From the NCBI GenBank assembly GCA_026985075.1, contig JALSQX010000005.1, positions 21,417-85,416 of the forward strand: a stretch of DNA of 64,000 nucleotides. The letters are read 5' to 3'. Of the stretch, positions 57,900-64,000 are shown piece after piece. This DNA is from Blastocatellia bacterium. GTDB taxonomy: Bacteria; Acidobacteriota; Blastocatellia; HR10; J050. Each line of letters starts with the position of its first letter. Position 1 is the stretch's first letter. The position numbers were made by a program, and so were the translations under genes. The notes below the pieces were generated by a model. The model was not told the DNA's origin and searched no databases. It saw only the letters and a list, made by a program, of their open reading frames with translations.

Positions 57900-59327
57900 A
57901 TGATGAGAATGAGCCAAAGTCACTCTCAGAATCGGCATTTCGTCTCGGTTCGGCGTCATGGATCATCAACGGCGGAGCTTCGCGCCTTGTTTTCCTCGCC
58001 CCGTCTCGTGGAGATCATCGGGCATCACTGGCGCCTGCTTCTCATGATCTTCGCGCTCGCCTTGACCCTGCGGGTTGGATTCGCCCTGACCTTGCCCGAC
58101 CGGATGATCTGGGAAGATGGGTATCGATATGAGAAAGTGGCGCTCAATCTGCTCACCACGGGCGGGTTTGGATCGTTGGAGGACAATGCGGCCTCGGTGC
58201 CTCTGCCTCCGCTGCTCATGGCGGCCATCTATGCCCTGACGGGGCGGCATCTCTGGCCTCTGCGCCTGGTCTGGGCCGTGTTGGGAGCGCTGACCTGCGT
58301 GTTGGCCTACCTGTTGGGATACAAGCTCGTGAATCATCGAGTGGGGGCATTGGCCGGACTGGTGCTGGCTGGGTATCCCTATTACGTCTACCTGAACACG
58401 ATGTGTGAGTATCCCCAGACGATCTTCATCTTCTTGATGGCGCTCTGTTTTCTGGGGCTGGTCGTCTTCGAGGAATCGCGTCGTTGGCGACCGTTGTTCG
58501 GAGGCAGTCTCTGTTTGGGTCTGGCCACGCTGGCGGTGCCGACGGTTCTGGTCTTCCTCCCCTTCGTGTTGTGGTGGCTTCTGTTCACCGCCAAACCCAG
58601 AGAACGCATCGGCATTCCGTGCCTGGTTGTGCTCATAGGAGCCTTGTCACCCCTGGCCATTTGGGCTGGCAGGAACTATCGCGCCTATGATCGGTTCGTC
58701 CTCATCAATTGCGCCGGAGGATTGAATTTCTGGAAAGGGAATAACCAGACGTACGCGACCTACGGCAAGCGAGGGACGGAGCTCGCGGCTGGAGAGACGC
58801 CGGATCCCCGCTATACCTTCCTGATCGAACTCGATCAGGTCAACCGGGAGGTCGCTGCCCTGGGGCCCATTGATTCATGGATTGAGCGCGAGCGTATTGG
58901 TTGGCGGCGAGGGATGGCTTTCATCCGCCAGGATGTTGGTCGGTTCATTCGACTCACCGGACAGAAGTTCCTTCACCTGTGGAGTCCCTATCCCGATGCC
59001 GTGAGCCACAACGGACAGAAGACGCCGGGGCGAGTCTTGCTGGCCGTGATCACCTATGGCCCGCTCCTCGTCCTCGGGATCATCGGTCTCCTCCTCAGTC
59101 TGAGCCATCACCGTCGGTTCGCTTTGATCTACGCCTACCTGGGTTCATTGGCCGGAACCTATGCCCTGTTTCTGCCGACCACGCGCTATCGGTTGCCGCT
59201 CGATTTCTTCCTGGCACTCTTTGCGGCATATGCCGTGACGCAGATGATATATCACTGGAAAGGAGGATGGTATGTCATCTTCAAATCGCGTCTCACATCC
59301 CCGGAGAGGGTCCAGGCGGGATATTGA
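57900..59327 (+). CDS. GT39/ArnT-like membrane glycosyltransferase.
   Basis: Multi-TM. EDGYRYEKVALNLLTTGGFG matches the PMT/ArnT N-terminal loop. Confidence 0.75.
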   Translation: MMRMSQSHSQNRHFVSVRRHGSSTAELRALFSSPRLVEIIGHHWRLLLMIFALALTLRVGFALTLPDRMIWEDGYRYEKVALNLLTTGGFGSLEDNAASVPLPPLLMAAIYALTGRHLWPLRLVWAVLGALTCVLAYLLGYKLVNHRVGALAGLVLAGYPYYVYLNTMCEYPQTIFIFLMALCFLGLVVFEESRRWRPLFGGSLCLGLATLAVPTVLVFLPFVLWWLLFTAKPRERIGIPCLVVLIGALSPLAIWAGRNYRAYDRFVLINCAGGLNFWKGNNQTYATYGKRGTELAAGETPDPRYTFLIELDQVNREVAALGPIDSWIERERIGWRRGMAFIRQDVGRFIRLTGQKFLHLWSPYPDAVSHNGQKTPGRVLLAVITYGPLLVLGIIGLLLSLSHHRRFALIYAYLGSLAGTYALFLPTTRYRLPLDFFLALFAAYAVTQMIYHWKGGWYVIFKSRLTSPERVQAGY

Positions 59328-60537
59328 GGTCTCCGTCGTCATCCCCTGCTTGAATGAAGAAGCGACCATTGGTATCTGTATTCGAAAAGCCCAGGCGACG
59401 CTCCAGCGATTGGGAATCGCGGGCGAAGTGATTGTCGCCGATAATGGATCTACAGATCGCTCGGTAGAGATTGCCCAATCATTGGGGGCGCGCGTGGTGC
59501 ACGAATTCCGCAAAGGATATGGATGGGCATTGATGCGCGGATTCCGAGCCGCGCGAGGTGAATTCATCATCATGGGCGATGGCGATGACTCCTACGATTT
59601 CACCGATCTCGAGCGGTTCATCAAACCGCTTCGGGAGGGCGCCGATCTGGTCATGGGTACACGATTGAAAGGAATCATACTCCCTGGGGCCATGCCGTGG
59701 AAGAACCGGTATATTGGCAATCCTTTCCTCAGTGGATTGTTGAACATGCTGTTCCGAACCGGCGTCTCGGATTGCCACTGTGGCATGCGGGCGTTCAGGA
59801 GGGATGCGCTTCGGAAGATGCAATTGCGATGCTCGGGCATGGAGTTCGCCTCGGAGATGGTCATCAAAGCCGCCAAAGCTGGACTCCGCATTGTCGAGGT
59901 CCCCATTACCCTGTACCCCGATGGGCGAACGCGTCCGCCCCATCTGCGTCCATGGCGCGATGGCTGGCGACATCTGAAACTCATGCTCTCATTCAGTCCG
60001 ACCTGGCTTTTCTCGATTCCCGGCATTCTCCTCCTGCTGATGGGATGGCTGATCCTGTTGTGGTCGGGCGCAGCCTCCTCCTCGCCAGGCCCGTTGAGTG
60101 GGGGCGCTCATTGGGCCGCAGCGGGAAGTTTGTGCGCCATTCTCGGATATCAGGTCGTTCACCTCGGCCTGGTCGCCCGCGCCTATTCGGTCCTCCATCG
60201 CTTTCGGGAGGTGGATCGATTGTTGGATGTCATTTTCCGGTTTATCGGGCTCGAGAGAGGATTGCTCATCGGGGCGATTTTCGTCTTGCTCGGACTGGGC
60301 GTGAATGCGCACGCGGTACTCACGTGGCCTACAGATGGCGGATCTCTCCAGCACTTTCGGACCTCACTGTGTGGATCAGCGCTCATGGTCATGGGTATTC
60401 AGACGATCTTCAACGCCTTCTTGTTGAGCCTGCTCGGCGAACAATACGAGCGAAAACGCGTCCCGTCCAAGAACCAGCGTTCCCACTCGTCGCTCGCTTT
60501 GATCCATTCCCAGCGGGTCGCTCAGCAATCGTCATAG
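59272..60537 (+). CDS. GT2 glycosyltransferase with a C-terminal TM domain (polyprenyl-phosphate sugar synthase, ArnC/GtrB-like).
   Basis: VSVVIPCLNEE...ADNGSTD...DGDDSYD. Confidence 0.85.
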   Translation: MSSSNRVSHPRRGSRRDIEVSVVIPCLNEEATIGICIRKAQATLQRLGIAGEVIVADNGSTDRSVEIAQSLGARVVHEFRKGYGWALMRGFRAARGEFIIMGDGDDSYDFTDLERFIKPLREGADLVMGTRLKGIILPGAMPWKNRYIGNPFLSGLLNMLFRTGVSDCHCGMRAFRRDALRKMQLRCSGMEFASEMVIKAAKAGLRIVEVPITLYPDGRTRPPHLRPWRDGWRHLKLMLSFSPTWLFSIPGILLLLMGWLILLWSGAASSSPGPLSGGAHWAAAGSLCAILGYQVVHLGLVARAYSVLHRFREVDRLLDVIFRFIGLERGLLIGAIFVLLGLGVNAHAVLTWPTDGGSLQHFRTSLCGSALMVMGIQTIFNAFLLSLLGEQYERKRVPSKNQRSHSSLALIHSQRVAQQSS

Positions 60538-60711
60538 CCTCGATGTGACACCACTCTTGAAGATATCCCATTCGCCGTCTCATCCAAGAGACGCTCATCA
60601 TCGAATGGCGTGAGAGAGTGAGGGAGATGCCCATCCCCGCCCTCAGGAGATGACAGGGAGAGAGTGCTCATCCATTATTCTCTCGCACCATTGAGAGATT
60701 GAGGAGGGATT

Positions 60712-61503
60712 ATGGAACCTTCAATGACCGCGTCAGTGGCCACTCATGATGGTCAGACGATGGCTGGGGAAGCGGTCGTACCAGTCCGACCGGCCACCTC
60801 CCCTCGCCGCCATCGCCTCTCCATCATCATTCCCATCTACAATGAATCGCTCAATATTGACCGGGTCGTTGCCCGCATTCAATCCGTCACATTGCCTGAG
60901 GGCGTGGAGAAGGAAATCATTCTCGTCGATGATGGATCCAATGACGGGACCTCGGAGAAGCTGGAAAAGTATAAGGATGTGGAACATATGACCGTCCACC
61001 ACACCATGCTCAATTTCGGTAAAGGGACGGCCATTCGCGTGGGGATTCGCTATGCGACTGGGGATGTGATCCTCATTCAGGATGGCGATATGGAGTACGA
61101 TCCTGACGATTATCCCAAGCTCATTCAACCTATTCTCGATGGACAGGCTGACGTCGTCTATGGGTCCCGCTTCCTGGGCAGCATTCAGAACATGCGGTGG
61201 GCTAATTTCCTCGCCAATAAGATTCTCACTCTGGCTGCGAACGTACTGTTCGGAGGGCGCATCACCGATGAAGCGACGGCCTACAAGGTGTTTCGAGCCG
61301 ACGTGCTGAAGCGGATGAACCTTAAGGCGACTCGTTTCGAGTTTTGCCCCGAGGTGACCGCCAAGGTGTTACGAGCCGGATATCGCATCCACGAGGTGCC
61401 CATCACTTATTACGGCCGATCTATCGAAGAAGGTAAAAAAATTCGCTGGTATGATGGATTCATCGCCTTGTTGACGTTGTTACGGTATCGCCTCTTCAGA
61501 TAG
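60712..61503 (+). CDS. GT2 glycosyltransferase (Dpm1-like).
   Basis: LSIIIPIYNE...VDDGSNDGT...QDGDMEYDP. Confidence 0.85.
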   Translation: MEPSMTASVATHDGQTMAGEAVVPVRPATSPRRHRLSIIIPIYNESLNIDRVVARIQSVTLPEGVEKEIILVDDGSNDGTSEKLEKYKDVEHMTVHHTMLNFGKGTAIRVGIRYATGDVILIQDGDMEYDPDDYPKLIQPILDGQADVVYGSRFLGSIQNMRWANFLANKILTLAANVLFGGRITDEATAYKVFRADVLKRMNLKATRFEFCPEVTAKVLRAGYRIHEVPITYYGRSIEEGKKIRWYDGFIALLTLLRYRLFR

Positions 61504-61532
61504 CCATCGCATCCAGCAAAGGAGACGCACTC

Positions 61533-63023
61533 ATGCTGCTCATGTCACTCAGTCCGCGATATTTCCTCATTGTCCTCTTCGCCCGCAAGAGGCTCGTGTT
61601 GGGCATGTCGGCGCTCGTCTTGCTGACGGTCGTCGTCGGTTCGTTTCTCATGACGCCCACCTATGAGTCGAGCATCAAGATCTTGCTCCGACGAGAACGC
61701 ACCGATCCCGTCGTTTCACCAGAAGCAACCTCATCACCGGCGTCTGTATTACCAGAGGTGAGCGAAGCGGAGTTGAATTCGGAAGTCGAGTTACTGACCA
61801 GTCGACCTCTCTTAGCCGAAGTCGTGCGGGCAACCGGTTTAGATCGACGTCATGGCCAGAGGGAGGGGGCGCTCGGCGGGTGGATTGAGCGCATCTATCG
61901 TCAATTGCACCGGCAACCTTCCGTCCATCCGGCGGATCAGGCCGTCGACCTCCTGCGACAGCAGTTAAAGGTCATCCCCATCAAGAAGTCTAATGTCATC
62001 GAAGTGAGGTATCGAGCGAACGATCCCAAGGCGGCTGCCCAGGTGTTGAATGTCTTATCCCAACTTTACATCGACCATCACGTCAAGCTGCGGCAGGCCG
62101 CGACGGCCGCCGCATTCTATTCGGAGCAAGCCGAGGCGTTGCGGCGGAAACTGGAGGAAGTCGAATCGGAACTGCGCACTTTCGAGCTCCGACATGGTCT
62201 GGCTACCGGGGAGGAGCAGGAGTCCCTGGCTCTGCAGAAACTGGCCGATTTCAAGGCCCAGTTAGGCGAGGCTCGGGTCGACCTCCAGGGAAGCATTGAG
62301 CGCCTGCACACTCTGGAGGCTCTCTTGGCCGCTCAGCCCGAGCGCATCACCAAGGAGACGCGGACGACCTATCATAAAGGACTTGACTTATTGCGCCAAA
62401 AACTGGGAGAATTAGAGTTGAAAGAAGCCGAAATTCGGCAGAAATATAAGCCGTCGAGCCGAATGGTGAGACAGATCGAGGAGCAAGTGGCGACGCTGAG
62501 GCGATACCTGGAGAACGCCGACCAACAGCCCACCCGAGAGGTAGCCGAGGGCGTTAATGAGCTCTATCTGACGTTGAAAAACGATCTCATGCGGACGCGG
62601 GCCGAGGTCGCTATGCAACGGGAGCGAGTCAATGCTCTGGCCCGGCTCGTTCAATCGTATGAACAGGGACTGCGCGAATATCGCAAGAACAGCTACCAAC
62701 AGAGGAGTTTGAGCCGCGTGCGGGATGTGATCGAGAAAACCTATGTGGCGTACTTGAAGAAGGCAATGGAAGCACGATTGGCGCAAGCTCTGGATCAGCA
62801 AAAGATCGTCAATGTGAGTATCGCAGAATCGGCGATACCCAATTATCGGCCCGTGAGCCCTAACCTGTTTCTCAATGGCATCCTCGGCCTGGTGGTGGGT
62901 CTTTTTTCCAGCGTCGCTATGGCGTTCGGATTGGAGTATGTCGAACGTCCGGTCAGAACGGGGGAGATCATCGAGCACGAGCTCCAGCTGAAAGTTCTCG
63001 CAGCACTCCCAGCGAAGCGGTAG
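61533..63023 (+). CDS. Polysaccharide co-polymerase / chain-length determinant (Wzz/GumC-like).
   Basis: N-terminal TM, Wzz motif SIKILLRRE, long coiled coil, C-terminal TM. Confidence 0.8.
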   Translation: MLLMSLSPRYFLIVLFARKRLVLGMSALVLLTVVVGSFLMTPTYESSIKILLRRERTDPVVSPEATSSPASVLPEVSEAELNSEVELLTSRPLLAEVVRATGLDRRHGQREGALGGWIERIYRQLHRQPSVHPADQAVDLLRQQLKVIPIKKSNVIEVRYRANDPKAAAQVLNVLSQLYIDHHVKLRQAATAAAFYSEQAEALRRKLEEVESELRTFELRHGLATGEEQESLALQKLADFKAQLGEARVDLQGSIERLHTLEALLAAQPERITKETRTTYHKGLDLLRQKLGELELKEAEIRQKYKPSSRMVRQIEEQVATLRRYLENADQQPTREVAEGVNELYLTLKNDLMRTRAEVAMQRERVNALARLVQSYEQGLREYRKNSYQQRSLSRVRDVIEKTYVAYLKKAMEARLAQALDQQKIVNVSIAESAIPNYRPVSPNLFLNGILGLVVGLFSSVAMAFGLEYVERPVRTGEIIEHELQLKVLAALPAKR

Positions 63024-63038
63024 GAGGATGAGCGGATC

Positions 63039-64000
63039 ATGTACATCGAACACTTCGGATTCAAAGAAGACCCATTTGGCGTGAGCCCCGATCCCCGTTT
63101 TCTCTATCTCGGCCCTGTGCATCATGAGGCGTTCGCTGCCTTGCTCTATGGCATCAAGATGCGGCGCGGGTTCATGTGCCTGATTGGCGAACCGGGCACG
63201 GGCAAGACCACGTTGTTATATGCTCTGCTCGAACGCCTGGAGGATCATTTGAAGACGGTCTTTCTCCCCGGAACCGATTTGACCTTCAAACAGCGGCTGC
63301 AGTTCATCATCGAATCCCTGAGCGGACGACAGACCGATGGGACGGTGTTGAGCTTGACGCGACAACTCCAGGATATACTGGCCGAAGAGTGGCGCGCCGG
63401 CAGCAACGTGGTGCTCATCTTTGATGAGGCCCAGAATCTCGCCGTGCGGGAGATGGAGGATATTCGCTTGTTGACCAACTTCGAAATTCCTCAGGCGAAG
63501 CTCCTCCAAGTCATCCTGGTCGGTCAACCGGGATTGAAAGAGAAGTTAGCCCTGCCCGAGCTCGCCCAGCTCAAACAACGTATCACGGTGAACGTGAGTC
63601 TACGGCCATTGACGCTCATGGAGACGGGAGAGTATATCGAGCACCGTCTGCGCGTGGCCGGATGGGCGAAGCCCCTTCATGAACTCTTTCAGCGTCCGGT
63701 GATCACTGCCATCTACGAGGCGTCTCGAGGTGTGCCGCGCCTGATCAATGCCGTGTGCCATAATGCCCTCCTCATTGCTTATGCAGAGAATAAGATGCGC
63801 ATCGAAATTCCCATGATCGAGGAGGCGGCGACGGAACTCGACCTTGTCGAAGTAGCGGAGAGAGGCAAACTGGTCGCCAGGCCGTTGGAATCATCCCTCC
63901 CTTCGGTGGGGGCTCCGGTTCCGGTGGAAGGTCCATCGACGCCTCCCGCCGTAGAGGCCATGCGCCCGATGGAATCCCCATCTCCGGTAGAACGCTCGGA
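63039..64000 (+). CDS. ExeA/GspA-like AAA ATPase (PEP-CTERM-locus type). 3' end is outside the window.
   Basis: GEPGTGKTTLLYAL Walker A, IFDEAQNL Walker B. AGGAGG SD. Absent from the ORF track because there is no in-window stop. Confidence 0.8.
   Translation, partial: MYIEHFGFKEDPFGVSPDPRFLYLGPVHHEAFAALLYGIKMRRGFMCLIGEPGTGKTTLLYALLERLEDHLKTVFLPGTDLTFKQRLQFIIESLSGRQTDGTVLSLTRQLQDILAEEWRAGSNVVLIFDEAQNLAVREMEDIRLLTNFEIPQAKLLQVILVGQPGLKEKLALPELAQLKQRITVNVSLRPLTLMETGEYIEHRLRVAGWAKPLHELFQRPVITAIYEASRGVPRLINAVCHNALLIAYAENKMRIEIPMIEEAATELDLVEVAERGKLVARPLESSLPSVGAPVPVEGPSTPPAVEAMRPMESPSPVERS

Overview
High-GC (about 60-65%) bacterial chromosomal segment, probably from an Acidobacteria-type organism. 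Supporting gene content: Ser/Thr kinase with TM-TPR tail, Acidobacterial-type VWFA protein, GWxTD protein, PEP-CTERM-style EPS locus with ExeA-like ATPase and a sigma54 response regulator, DUF1501/DUF1800 pair. Core content: the minus-strand translation operon rimP-nusA-infB-rbfA-nrnA, then rlmN, der, proC, tatA/tatC, hpt and deoB. Accessory content worth a second look: (i) an Ftr1-type iron-uptake operon whose ABC ATPase carries a complete DtxR-like metal-sensor domain, and whose permease is a FTR1-Cys-rich(DUF2318-like)-YHS fusion; (ii) an 830-aa two-TM membrane protein ending in a GrpE-like domain, directly upstream of an RtcB - COG0523 GTPase - archease operon with no RtcA/RtcR; (iii) two near-identical sigma54 promoters sharing a palindromic upstream motif, close to a sigma54 enhancer-binding protein gene; (iv) a striking AT-rich divergent promoter island in front of an ECF sigma factor; (v) two genes broken by in-frame stops (a Ser/Thr kinase and a TolB-like propeller). 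I found no CRISPR array, tRNA/rRNA gene or transposase. The six-frame track contains many long ORFs antisense to real genes; these are GC-rich shadow ORFs and I treat them as spurious. My hand count of coordinates may be off by 1-2 nt.
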